From an uncultured Clostridia bacterium (GTDB lineage: Bacteria > Bacillota > Clostridia > TANB77 > CAG-508), in the NCBI GenBank assembly GCA_944392175.1, contig CALXVT010000006.1, positions 1,077 to 65,076 on the forward strand: a stretch of 64,000 nt of DNA, written 5' to 3'. The first letter of the stretch is position 1. Each line of letters starts with the position of its first letter. Positions 35,548 through 44,792 of the stretch are shown one piece after another. A program made the translations under genes and the position numbers. The notes beneath the pieces were generated by a model. It was given only the letters and a program-made list of their open reading frames with translations. It was not told the DNA's origin and searched no databases.

Positions 35548-37695
35548 ATGGAAAAAATTATTAAAAACAAAGAGAAGCATTTAGAAAATATTTATTTCAT
35601 AGGAATAATCATTTTATGTATAAAGTTTTTTACAGAAAAAAGTACATTGATACATTTTAACGACATGCCAATAGCAGTGGTTTTAGTTATATGTTTTTTG
35701 ATAAAATTAATATTTCAAAATTATACTAAAAGGCAATTGTTAATAACTGCAATTTCTGGAATAATATCAATTTGGGTATCATTCATTACACATGAGTACA
35801 TTGCTCTTTATATATTTCTTGTTGTATTTGCTTCAAAAAATATTGATATTAAAAAAACAATAAAAATATGTTTTTTGAGCATTTCTGTATTATTATCAAT
35901 ACATATAGTTAAATATATAATTGATGGTTTAATAGGAGAAATACCTATAATGTATAGAAACACAGGAAAAGTAAGATATACATTTTATATGTCACATCCT
36001 AATATTGTTGCTGGACTGATTCTATGGCTTATTGCACAATATTCATATTTAAAATATGATAATTTAAAAATTAGACACTTTATTGTATTTTTAGCTATAT
36101 TTATTATTACATATATATTAACACTATCAAGAACTACTTTGATTGCTTCAATTGCATTAATTATTTTATTAATTATATTAAAAAATAAGAAGATGACAAA
36201 ATTCATAGTAAATTTTTCAAAAATAATATTTATTTTAGCTTGTTTTTTTACAATAGGAATTAGTTATATATATAATTTTAACAAGGAAAATGTTGTATTA
36301 CGAGAATTAGATGAGTCTTTTAGTGGAAGAGTGTCTTTATTATCGATAGCAATAAATGAATATGGGATTAGCCTATTACCAAGAAATATAGATTTAACAA
36401 AAGTTGTCAAATGGGATTATGGAGGAGAGGCGGAATTATATCTGGACAGTATATATTCCAGAGTTTACATTAAATATGGTATACTATATTTAATATGGCT
36501 AATATATTTATTTGCAAATTTAAATATTAAAAATAAAAACTCTATATTTATAATTTTATTTGTAATTATAGGAATAACTGAAAGATATATAATGTATCCT
36601 GTAATTGGTTTCCCTTTATTATTCTTCGGAGATTATTTGTGGAATGAAAAAAGAAAGGAAAAAAATAAAAAAATAATATTATCACAATATATTAAAAATA
36701 ATTTTAATGCTGGACCAAAAGCAAAAACAGATATAGAGAAAATAGTTGAAAATAAATTTGATTTTGAAGTAAAGACGATGCCTTTAACTGAAAAAATATG
36801 TAAAAATAAACTAAAAAGAATGATACAATTTGCTAAAAAATTTAAATTAATTTCTTCTATAGCCAAAGAAACTGAAATAGCAATTATTCAATCACCATTT
36901 TCATGCAAGAAGATTATGATGGATAAATTTAAAAATAAAATTGTAATAATTCACGACATAGAAGGACTTAGAAATCAAGATTTAAAAGAACTCGAAGAAG
37001 AAATAAAATTTTATAAATCATGTAATTTCGTGATTGCACATAATAAAAAAATGAAAAAATTTCTCATTAAAAAAGGTATAGATAGTAATAAAATTTATGA
37101 GTTAGAATTATTTGATTATTTATGCGATGGAACAGCTAAAGAAAAAAAATTAGATTATACTTTACCTAAAATTGTGTATTGTGGTAATTTGGATAAAGCA
37201 TCGTTTATTTATCAGTTAGATAGTGAAAAAATGAATTATGAATTATACCTATATGGACAAAAAAGCAAAGAATTTAAAAATGAAAAGATAATATATAAAG
37301 GTAAATATGCACCAGATGAAATGCCAAATAAAATTGATGGAAATATAGGCTTAGTATGGGACGGAAATTTTGATGAAAGTGACGAGGATAAAAGTTATAA
37401 AAATTATACAAAATATAATAATCCTCATAAATTATCTTGTTACATTGCTTCTGGAATGCCTGTAATAGTATGGAAGAAATCTGCTATAGCAGATTTTGTA
37501 AGAGAGAATAATATTGGATATGAAATTTCTAATTTATATGACATTAATAAATTGGATTTTTCAGATTATGATGTGAAAAAGAATAATGTGGAAAAATTAG
37601 AAAAAAAAGTTAGAGAAGGTTATTTTACACAATCAATTTTAGGTAAAATATTTAAGAAATATAAAATTATAGAAGGGAATAAAATTGAAAAATAG
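35548..37695 (+). CDS. Fusion protein: polytopic Wzy/O-antigen-ligase-like membrane domain plus a C-terminal cytoplasmic Gtf3/WbbI-like sugar transferase domain
   Basis: About 370 aa with roughly 10 hydrophobic helices, then a soluble domain of about 340 aa with AGPKAKTDIEKI ... IIHDIEGLR ... YNNPHKLSCYIASGMPVIVWKKSAIADFV. Confidence 0.6.
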   Translation: MEKIIKNKEKHLENIYFIGIIILCIKFFTEKSTLIHFNDMPIAVVLVICFLIKLIFQNYTKRQLLITAISGIISIWVSFITHEYIALYIFLVVFASKNIDIKKTIKICFLSISVLLSIHIVKYIIDGLIGEIPIMYRNTGKVRYTFYMSHPNIVAGLILWLIAQYSYLKYDNLKIRHFIVFLAIFIITYILTLSRTTLIASIALIILLIILKNKKMTKFIVNFSKIIFILACFFTIGISYIYNFNKENVVLRELDESFSGRVSLLSIAINEYGISLLPRNIDLTKVVKWDYGGEAELYLDSIYSRVYIKYGILYLIWLIYLFANLNIKNKNSIFIILFVIIGITERYIMYPVIGFPLLFFGDYLWNEKRKEKNKKIILSQYIKNNFNAGPKAKTDIEKIVENKFDFEVKTMPLTEKICKNKLKRMIQFAKKFKLISSIAKETEIAIIQSPFSCKKIMMDKFKNKIVIIHDIEGLRNQDLKELEEEIKFYKSCNFVIAHNKKMKKFLIKKGIDSNKIYELELFDYLCDGTAKEKKLDYTLPKIVYCGNLDKASFIYQLDSEKMNYELYLYGQKSKEFKNEKIIYKGKYAPDEMPNKIDGNIGLVWDGNFDESDEDKSYKNYTKYNNPHKLSCYIASGMPVIVWKKSAIADFVRENNIGYEISNLYDINKLDFSDYDVKKNNVEKLEKKVREGYFTQSILGKIFKKYKIIEGNKIEK

Positions 37696-39130
37696 CATAA
37701 AAAAGAATTATATATATAATTTAGTATATCAAATATTAGTAATAATATTACCATTAATTACAACACCATATATTTCAAGAGTTCTTGGAGCAGAAAATAT
37801 AGGGATTTTTAGTTATACTACATCCATATCTGCATACTTTATTTTGTTTGGCTCATTAGGTATTAGTTTATATTCACAAAGAGAAATTGCATATCATCAG
37901 GAAAATAAAAATAAAAATAGTAAAACGTTTTTAGAAATTGTTATATTAAGAACTATAACAATGCTAACATCTACCACAATATTTTTTATAACCTTTGCAA
38001 CAAATGGAGAATATAACTTTTTTTATAAGATTTTAATTATAGAATTAATTGCACAATGTTTTGATATAAGTTGGTTTTTTAGTGGATTAGAAGAATTTAA
38101 AAAAACAGTTTTAAGAAACCTTGTAGTCAAATGTACTAGTATAGTAGCAATTTTTTTACTTGTGAAAACACCACAAGATTTATACAAGTACTTTTGGATT
38201 TATGCATTATCTGTTTTTTTGGGTAATATTTCATTATGGTTTTATTTGCCAAAGTACTTAGTAAAAGTAAAACTATCAGAGCTCAATATTACTCAACATT
38301 TAAAGCCAACGTTAGTTCTTTTTATTCCAGAAATTGCGATACAGGTTTATACAATTTTAGATAAAACTATGATAGGTGCAATTTGGGAAGATAAATCAGA
38401 AGTTGGGTTTTATCAGCAAAGTGAAAGAATAATTAAATTACTTTTAACTATTATAACATCATTGGGAACAGTGTTATTACCTAGAGTCGCAAATTGTTTT
38501 GCTAATAATAAAAAGCAAGAAGTTTTTGAATACATTAAAAAGTCTTTTCATTATGTTTATTTTCTGGCATTCCCTATGATATTTGGCATAATAGCTGTTG
38601 CAGATAAATTCGTACCAATATTTTTTGGACTAGGATACGATAAAGTTGCAATATTAATGAGTATTATATCTCCAATTATATTGTTTATTGGAATGAGTAA
38701 TGTAATAGGGAAACAATATTTGCTCCCAACAAAAAGGCAAAAACAATATACAATATCAGTGATTCTAGGTGCAATTGTAAATTTTATTATAAACAGTTGC
38801 TTGATTTGGAAGTATGGAGCTTTAGGTGCATCTATAGGAACAGTAATTGCAGAATTTTCAGTAACATTAGCTCAAGTTATATTTGTAAGAAAAGAATTTA
38901 ATGTAAAAGAAATATTAAAATTTTCATTTAATTATTTAATTTCATCAATTGTAATGTTTATAATTTGTAAATTAGTAGGAATTATTCAAGTCAGCAATTT
39001 GACGTCTATTATTTTACAAATAGCAACAGGAGTTATTGTTTATTTATTATTACTTTTAGCATTAAAAGATAAATTTACTTATGATATGATAAAACAAATA
39101 AAAGATAAATGTTTAAAAATACATATATAG
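37685..39130 (+). CDS. wzx: Wzx-type polysaccharide flippase (MOP superfamily)
   Basis: 481 aa, about 12-14 TM helices. N-terminal NLVYQILVIILPLITTPYISRVLGAENIG. TTG start overlaps the upstream stop. Confidence 0.85.
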   Translation: MKNSIKKNYIYNLVYQILVIILPLITTPYISRVLGAENIGIFSYTTSISAYFILFGSLGISLYSQREIAYHQENKNKNSKTFLEIVILRTITMLTSTTIFFITFATNGEYNFFYKILIIELIAQCFDISWFFSGLEEFKKTVLRNLVVKCTSIVAIFLLVKTPQDLYKYFWIYALSVFLGNISLWFYLPKYLVKVKLSELNITQHLKPTLVLFIPEIAIQVYTILDKTMIGAIWEDKSEVGFYQQSERIIKLLLTIITSLGTVLLPRVANCFANNKKQEVFEYIKKSFHYVYFLAFPMIFGIIAVADKFVPIFFGLGYDKVAILMSIISPIILFIGMSNVIGKQYLLPTKRQKQYTISVILGAIVNFIINSCLIWKYGALGASIGTVIAEFSVTLAQVIFVRKEFNVKEILKFSFNYLISSIVMFIICKLVGIIQVSNLTSIILQIATGVIVYLLLLLALKDKFTYDMIKQIKDKCLKIHI

Positions 39131-39190
39131 CAAAAAGCATAAATGCTTTATTGTTTTTTTAAATAAATTTGATAAAAGGAGTATAGGTTT

Positions 39191-40291
39191 ATGAAATACG
39201 ATTATCTAATAGTAGGAAGTGGATTATTTGGTTCAATATTTGCTTATGAGGCAAATAAAAGAGGAAAGAAATGTTTAGTAATAGAAAAACGTTCACATAT
39301 AGGTGGAAATATTTATACAGAAAATGTAGAAGGAATACAAGTACATAAATATGGTGCACATATTTTCCATACAAGTAATAAAGAAGTATGGGAGTATATT
39401 AATCAATTTGCCGAATTTAACCGTTATACAAATTCACCAGTAGCAAGATATAAAGATGAATTATATAACATGCCATTCAATATGAATACATTTCACGCAT
39501 TATGGGGAGTAATTACACCAGAAGAAGCAAAACAAAAAATTGAAGAAGAGAAAAAAGAAGCTGGAATAACAGAGCCCAAAAATCTAGAAGAGCAAGCAAT
39601 TAGCCTAGTTGGAAAAACAATTTACGAAAAATTAGTAAAAGGATATACAGAAAAACAATGGGGAAGAAAAGCAACAGAACTACCAAGCTTTATAATTAAA
39701 AGACTTCCAGTTAGATTTATATATGATAACAATTATTTTAATGATAGTTACCAAGGAATCCCTATTGGTGGATATACGCAAATTATAGAAAAAATGTTAG
39801 ATGGTATAGAAGTAAGATTAAATTATGATTATTTCGACCACAAAGAAGAAATGAATCAAATATCAGATAAAATCATATTTACAGGACAAATAGATAAGTT
39901 CTATGATTATAAATTTGGAGAATTAGAATATAGGAGTTTAAGATTTGAAACAGAAATATTAAATACAATCAATTACCAAGGAAATGCAGTAGTAAATTAT
40001 ACAGAATATGAAGTTCCATATACAAGAATTATAGAACACAAACATTTTGATAATACTAAAGATATCAATAAAACAATAATAACAAGAGAATTCCCTGCTA
40101 AGTGGGACAAAGATAAAGAGCCATATTACACAATTAATGACGAAAGAAATACAAATTTATATAATAAATATAAAGAGTTATCAGAAAAAGATAATAAAAT
40201 AATATTTGGAGGTAGATTAGGACAATACAAATATTTTGATATGGATAAAGTAATTATAGAAGCTTTAAATTTTGTAAAACAAGAGTTATAA
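39191..40291 (+). CDS. glf: UDP-galactopyranose mutase
   Basis: YDYLIVGSGLFGS FAD motif. GGNIYTE ... HKYGAHIFHT. 366 aa. Confidence 0.93.
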   Translation: MKYDYLIVGSGLFGSIFAYEANKRGKKCLVIEKRSHIGGNIYTENVEGIQVHKYGAHIFHTSNKEVWEYINQFAEFNRYTNSPVARYKDELYNMPFNMNTFHALWGVITPEEAKQKIEEEKKEAGITEPKNLEEQAISLVGKTIYEKLVKGYTEKQWGRKATELPSFIIKRLPVRFIYDNNYFNDSYQGIPIGGYTQIIEKMLDGIEVRLNYDYFDHKEEMNQISDKIIFTGQIDKFYDYKFGELEYRSLRFETEILNTINYQGNAVVNYTEYEVPYTRIIEHKHFDNTKDINKTIITREFPAKWDKDKEPYYTINDERNTNLYNKYKELSEKDNKIIFGGRLGQYKYFDMDKVIIEALNFVKQEL

Positions 40292-40356
40292 ACCTTACCA
40301 CAAATTTCCATACAATTAAATTAAATTATATGCTAATATAATTTTAAGGTGATTGT

Positions 40357-41557
40357 ATGGGAATTTTTAAATTGCATGGTGAAAAATTATTATTAAAAGA
40401 ATTAAAATATAGTGTTAATTTCTTCTTAAAAGAATCAAGCTCAAAAGGGCTGATAAAAGATAAAACAATATTTGCAGATGATATAGCAAGTATTGCTTCA
40501 GTTCGGATACGGTTTAGCTGCACTTATAATTGCAGTAGAAAGAAAATGGCTAAATTATGATATAGCACATAAAAAAGCAGAACTAATATTAGATACATTT
40601 TTAAAAGATGTAGAAGGGAAAAATGGATTTTTTTATCATTTTGTAAATATGCAAACAGGAAAAAGAGAATGGAATTCAGAACTTTCAATAATAGATACTG
40701 CAATTTTTATATGTGGAGCATTATTTGCAGGAGAGTATTTTAGAGGAGCGATAAAAGAAAAAGCAGAAAAATTGTATAAAAATGTTAATTGGAATTGGTA
40801 TGTTGATAAAGAAAAGAAATATTTTTATATGGGATATACACCTGAAAAAGGATTTTGGGGATATTGGGATATGTATGCAGAACAACTAATAATGTATGTT
40901 TTAGGAGTAGCATCTCCAACATATCCTATTTCAAAAGAATTATATGATAATTTTAAAAGACCAGTTTCAAATTATGAAGATATAGAAAATATAATATTTT
41001 CATATGGAGGTAGCTTATTTACATATCAATATTCACATGCATGGATAGATTTTAGAAATCTTATAGATAAAGATGGAATAAATTGGTTTAACAATTCTGT
41101 AAAAGCTACAAAAGCGAATAGATTATATTGCATAAGAAATAAAGAAAGATTTAAAACATTTAACGAAAATTCCTGGGGACTTACAGCATGTGTAGGACCA
41201 AATGGTTATTCAGGTGGATATGGAGCAATGCCATGTTATGCTGATTTAAGTAAAGAAAATGACGGAACAGTTGCACCGTGTGGAGCAATAGGTTCCATAG
41301 TGTTTACTCCAGAAGAAAGTATAAGAGCTATAGAATATTTTTATAATAAATATCCAAGTTTATGGGGAAAATATGGATTAAAAGATTCATATAATTTGGA
41401 AGAAAAAAATAAATGGATTGCCAAAGAATATATAGGTATAGATAAAGGAATAGAAGTATTAATGATAGAAAATTATTTAACAGGTTTAATTTGGCAATAT
41501 ATGATGAAAAATAACTATATAAAAAAAGGACTAAAAATATTAGAAATAAAAAATTGA
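40357..41557 (+). pseudogene. Frameshifted glucoamylase-family protein (DUF3131 / beta-1,2-glucanase-like)
   Basis: ORF 40357-40560 ends ...DDIASIAS. ORF 40493-41557 continues in the +1 frame as FGYGLAALIIAVERKW. One extra base near 40501 joins the two into a single family-typical sequence. Confidence 0.6.
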
Positions 41558-41610
41558 AAAAAAATAAGTAATATAATAAAATATAGTAAATAATTTTTTA
41601 GGAGGAAAAA

Positions 41611-41853
41611 ATGAACCAAAAAAGTTTAGAAATAGCAAGTAAAGTTTTAAATATGTCAGAGGAAATTCTTAAAGAAAATTATAAAATTCTAGAAGATGAT
41701 AATGCTATATTATTTTGGGAACCTTGTCGTGGTGGACGTAACATTATAGTAGCAGAAGATGGGTCTTATTTAGTTGGAATATCTGCTGTAGATCCTAGTA
41801 TACTTTTAGATCAATTTAGAAATGGTAGTAGGACAGACAGTAACAAACAATAG
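41611..41853 (+). CDS. Hypothetical protein
   Basis: 80-aa ORF with an AGGAGG RBS. Confidence 0.5.
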   Translation: MNQKSLEIASKVLNMSEEILKENYKILEDDNAILFWEPCRGGRNIIVAEDGSYLVGISAVDPSILLDQFRNGSRTDSNKQ

Positions 41854-41870
41854 ATAAAATTTCAAAGGAA

Positions 41871-41899
41871 GTAATTGATAATTACTTCCTTTAGTGTTA
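41871..41899 (+). terminator. Rho-independent terminator
   Basis: AAAGGAAGTAATT gat AATTACTTCCTTT. Confidence 0.75.
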
Positions 41900-41930
41900 T
41901 CATATAGAAAGTTAATAATTAGGAGAAAAT

Positions 41931-42527
41931 ATGGAAAATACATTTATAGATAAATTAGAAAAAGAAGAAGAATTAAATAATGAAATAATAGAAGAAATTT
42001 CTGAAAAAAATTTGGATATTTATAAAAAAGATATAAATAATTGCAAATTTATACATACAGAAATATTAGATAGTAATTTTGAGAAGGTATATTTTAAAAA
42101 TGTTATTTTTGATAATTGTAATTTCTCCAATACTACATTTACAGAATGTAGTTTCATAAATTGTAAATTCAAAAACTGCAAAATGATTGGTTCAAATTTT
42201 ATAGAAAATATATTCATAGATGTGGAAATAAAAGATTCTAATTTAAACTATGTAAATATATCAAATACAAGTTTTAACAATGTTAGTATAAAAGATACAA
42301 CATTAATAAATTCATATATGCAAGATACAAATTTAAAAAATACAAAATTTAATAATATAGATTTTACAAAATCTCAAATATTTAAAACAAGATTAAAAGA
42401 TATAGATTTATCAAATTCTAAAATAGAAGGATTATCAACTACTTTAGAAGATATAAAAGGAGCTAAAGTCACAGAATTTCAAGTTATGGATTTAGCATAT
42501 TTATTAGGTGTAAAAATAAAAATTTAG
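41931..42527 (+). CDS. Pentapeptide repeat protein
   Basis: Long run of A(D/N)LxX-type pentads (NFSNTTFTECSFINCKFKNCKMIGSNF ...). Confidence 0.85.
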   Translation: MENTFIDKLEKEEELNNEIIEEISEKNLDIYKKDINNCKFIHTEILDSNFEKVYFKNVIFDNCNFSNTTFTECSFINCKFKNCKMIGSNFIENIFIDVEIKDSNLNYVNISNTSFNNVSIKDTTLINSYMQDTNLKNTKFNNIDFTKSQIFKTRLKDIDLSNSKIEGLSTTLEDIKGAKVTEFQVMDLAYLLGVKIKI

Positions 42528-42539
42528 GGAGGAATAAAA

Positions 42540-42821
42540 ATGATTAAACATGTTGTAATGTGGAAATTTAAAGAAAATACAGAAAAAGAGATGGATGAAT
42601 TCCTAGAGGGATTAAAAAGCTTAGAAAATCAAATACCAGAAATAAAAAGTATGCAGGTTGGAAAAAACATAGATAATGATGAATATGATGCAATATTAAT
42701 TTCAGAATTTGAATCTGTAGAAGATATGAATAAATATAAAACAGATCCAAGACATGTTAAAGTCTCAAACATGTGTAAAGAAATAAGAACAAAAAGAACT
42801 GCATTTGATTTTGAAGAATAG
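42540..42821 (+). CDS. Dabb family stress-responsive alpha/beta-barrel protein
   Basis: MIKHVVMWKFKE N-terminus ... HVKV. 93 aa. Confidence 0.75.
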   Translation: MIKHVVMWKFKENTEKEMDEFLEGLKSLENQIPEIKSMQVGKNIDNDEYDAILISEFESVEDMNKYKTDPRHVKVSNMCKEIRTKRTAFDFEE

Positions 42822-42842
42822 GCTTTTAGTCTATTCTTTTTT

Positions 42843-42877
42843 TAGAGATTTGGGGACGGTCTTAAAATCCCTATCTA
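42843..42877. repeat. REP-like palindromic element, TAGGGAT-arm subfamily (diverged)
   Basis: TAGAGATTTGGGGACGGTCTTAAAATCCCTATCTA. Confidence 0.7.
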
Positions 42878-42924
42878 TTAAAAAATAACTTAAATAAAAA
42901 AATGATTACTAAAGGAGGGAAAAA

Positions 42925-43296
42925 ATGACAGAAGAAGAGTTCATAAAAAATCAATTGGAAGCATTAAGTAAATCAAAGTTTAGAAGTAGTTTTAATTTAA
43001 AAGAAAAAGATAAAAAATATATACAAGATAAAGGATTAGATAAAATAGAAGAACATGCATATGATTTTATAACAAAAAGGTTGGCACCAAAAGATATTCC
43101 AAATGATGGAAAACAAACTCCAATGAGAGGGCATCCAGTATTTATTGCTGAGCACGCAACTGCAACATGTTGTAGAGGTTGTTTATATAAATGGCATAAA
43201 ATTAGAAAAGGAAAAGATTTATCAGAAAAAGAAATTAAATATGTAGTAGATATAATAATGGAATGGATATCAAGACAAATAAAAGACGAAAACTAA
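42925..43296 (+). CDS. DUF4186 domain-containing protein
   Basis: NDGKQTPMRGHPVFIAEHATATCCRGCLYKWH matches the family signature as I recall it. Confidence 0.7.
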   Translation: MTEEEFIKNQLEALSKSKFRSSFNLKEKDKKYIQDKGLDKIEEHAYDFITKRLAPKDIPNDGKQTPMRGHPVFIAEHATATCCRGCLYKWHKIRKGKDLSEKEIKYVVDIIMEWISRQIKDEN

Positions 43297-43316
43297 TCTG
43301 TATAAAGGAGGTAGAG

Positions 43317-44792
43317 ATGTCACTGATTAAAATTAATAATTTAACATTTAGATATGACAGAGATTTTGAAAATATTTTTGAAGATGTAAATTTAAATATA
43401 GATACAAATTGGAAACTTGGTTTAATTGGAAGAAATGGAAAAGGAAAAACTACATTTTTAAAATTACTTACAGGAAATTTGAAAGGAAAAGGAAATATAA
43501 GCAAAACCGTTGAAGTTACATATTTTCCGTATAAAGTAGAAAAAGATGATTTAACCTTAAATATTATTCAGGAAATTTGTATGGCTGAAGATTGGGAGAT
43601 TATTAAAGAAATTAATTTATTAAAAGCAAATGTAGAAATATTATATAGAAATTTTAGTACATTAAGTGGAGGAGAAAAGGTAAAAGCATTATTATCCGCT
43701 TTATTTTTAAAAGACAATAATTTTTTATTGATAGATGAACCAACAAATCACTTAGATACTAATGCAAAAAAAGATATTGAAGAATATTTAAAAAGCAAAA
43801 AGGGATTTATTCTAGTTTCACATGATAGAAATTTGCTAGATAATGTAACAGATCACATTATTTCTATAAATAATTCTAATATAAATATCGTTCAAGGTAA
43901 TTATTCCGTTTGGAAAGAAAATTTTGATAGACAAAATAATTTTGAAATAAAGCAAAACGAAAAGTTGCAAAAAGAAATTGGAAAATTAGAATTGGCAAGT
44001 AAAGAAACTAGTAAATGGTCACATTATGCAGAAAAAGAAAAGCAAAGAAAAGAAGCGAATGATAAAATTGACAGAGGCTATTTAGGTCATAAATCAGCTA
44101 AAATCATGAAAAAATCTAAAGTTTTAGAAGAAAGAAAAAATAAAAACATAGAAGATGCAAAGAATTTGCTTAAAAATATAGATAAAGCAGAAGAATTAAA
44201 AATAATTCCATCAAAGTGTGATAAAAAAGAATTAATTATTGCAAATAATTTTCAAATTATTTACGATAAAACTATATTTGCACCAGTTTCATTTGTAATT
44301 GAAAATGGTGATAGATTATTATTAAAAGGTAAAAATGGAATTGGAAAATCCAGTGTAATTAATGCAATATTAGGTTCAAAAATAAAATATGAAGGATTAT
44401 TAAAAATTAATAATAATGTTAAAATATCATATGTAAAACAGGATACTTCAGACTTAAAAGGAACAATAAAAGAATTTATTCAAGATAACAATGTTGATGA
44501 AAGTGTCTTCAGAGCAATGCTTATAAAAATGGGAGTAGATAAAAAAGATATAAATTCAAATTTAGAAGATTTAAGTGAAGGGCAAAAGAAAAAGATTCTA
44601 ATTGCAAAAAGTATTTCTGAAACAGCAGATATATACATATGGGATGAACCTTTAAATTATATTGATATAATTACAAGAGAACAAATAGAAAATATGATTT
44701 TAAAATATAAACCAACAATGTTATTTATTGAACATGATGAGACTTTTTCAGAAAAAATTGCAAATAAAACAATAGAATTAAAGGAGTGTTAA
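43317..44792 (+). CDS. ABC-F family ATPase, Lsa-like (ribosomal protection type candidate)
   Basis: Two ABC domains with no TM segment. N-terminus MSLIKINNLTFRYD ... WKLGLIGRNGKGKTTFLKLLTG. Charged inter-domain linker. Start at the ATG after AAGGAGG. Confidence 0.8.
   Translation: MSLIKINNLTFRYDRDFENIFEDVNLNIDTNWKLGLIGRNGKGKTTFLKLLTGNLKGKGNISKTVEVTYFPYKVEKDDLTLNIIQEICMAEDWEIIKEINLLKANVEILYRNFSTLSGGEKVKALLSALFLKDNNFLLIDEPTNHLDTNAKKDIEEYLKSKKGFILVSHDRNLLDNVTDHIISINNSNINIVQGNYSVWKENFDRQNNFEIKQNEKLQKEIGKLELASKETSKWSHYAEKEKQRKEANDKIDRGYLGHKSAKIMKKSKVLEERKNKNIEDAKNLLKNIDKAEELKIIPSKCDKKELIIANNFQIIYDKTIFAPVSFVIENGDRLLLKGKNGIGKSSVINAILGSKIKYEGLLKINNNVKISYVKQDTSDLKGTIKEFIQDNNVDESVFRAMLIKMGVDKKDINSNLEDLSEGQKKKILIAKSISETADIYIWDEPLNYIDIITREQIENMILKYKPTMLFIEHDETFSEKIANKTIELKEC

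Noticed and set aside
40357-40560. Treating the 67-aa ORF as an independent small gene.
   Set aside because: Its sequence continues seamlessly, after a +1 shift, into the downstream glucoamylase-family ORF. It is better explained as the N-terminal fragment of a frameshifted gene.
28-42877. Whether the recurring palindromic repeats could be a CRISPR array.
   Set aside because: Copies are kilobases apart, in both orientations, and occur singly at gene boundaries. There is no regular repeat-spacer periodicity and no cas genes.
43297-43316. A search for a ribosome-stalling leader peptide or attenuator upstream of the ABC-F gene.
   Set aside because: Only 20 nt separate it from the upstream stop codon, and these contain just the RBS. 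No leader ORF or terminator/antiterminator pair can fit.
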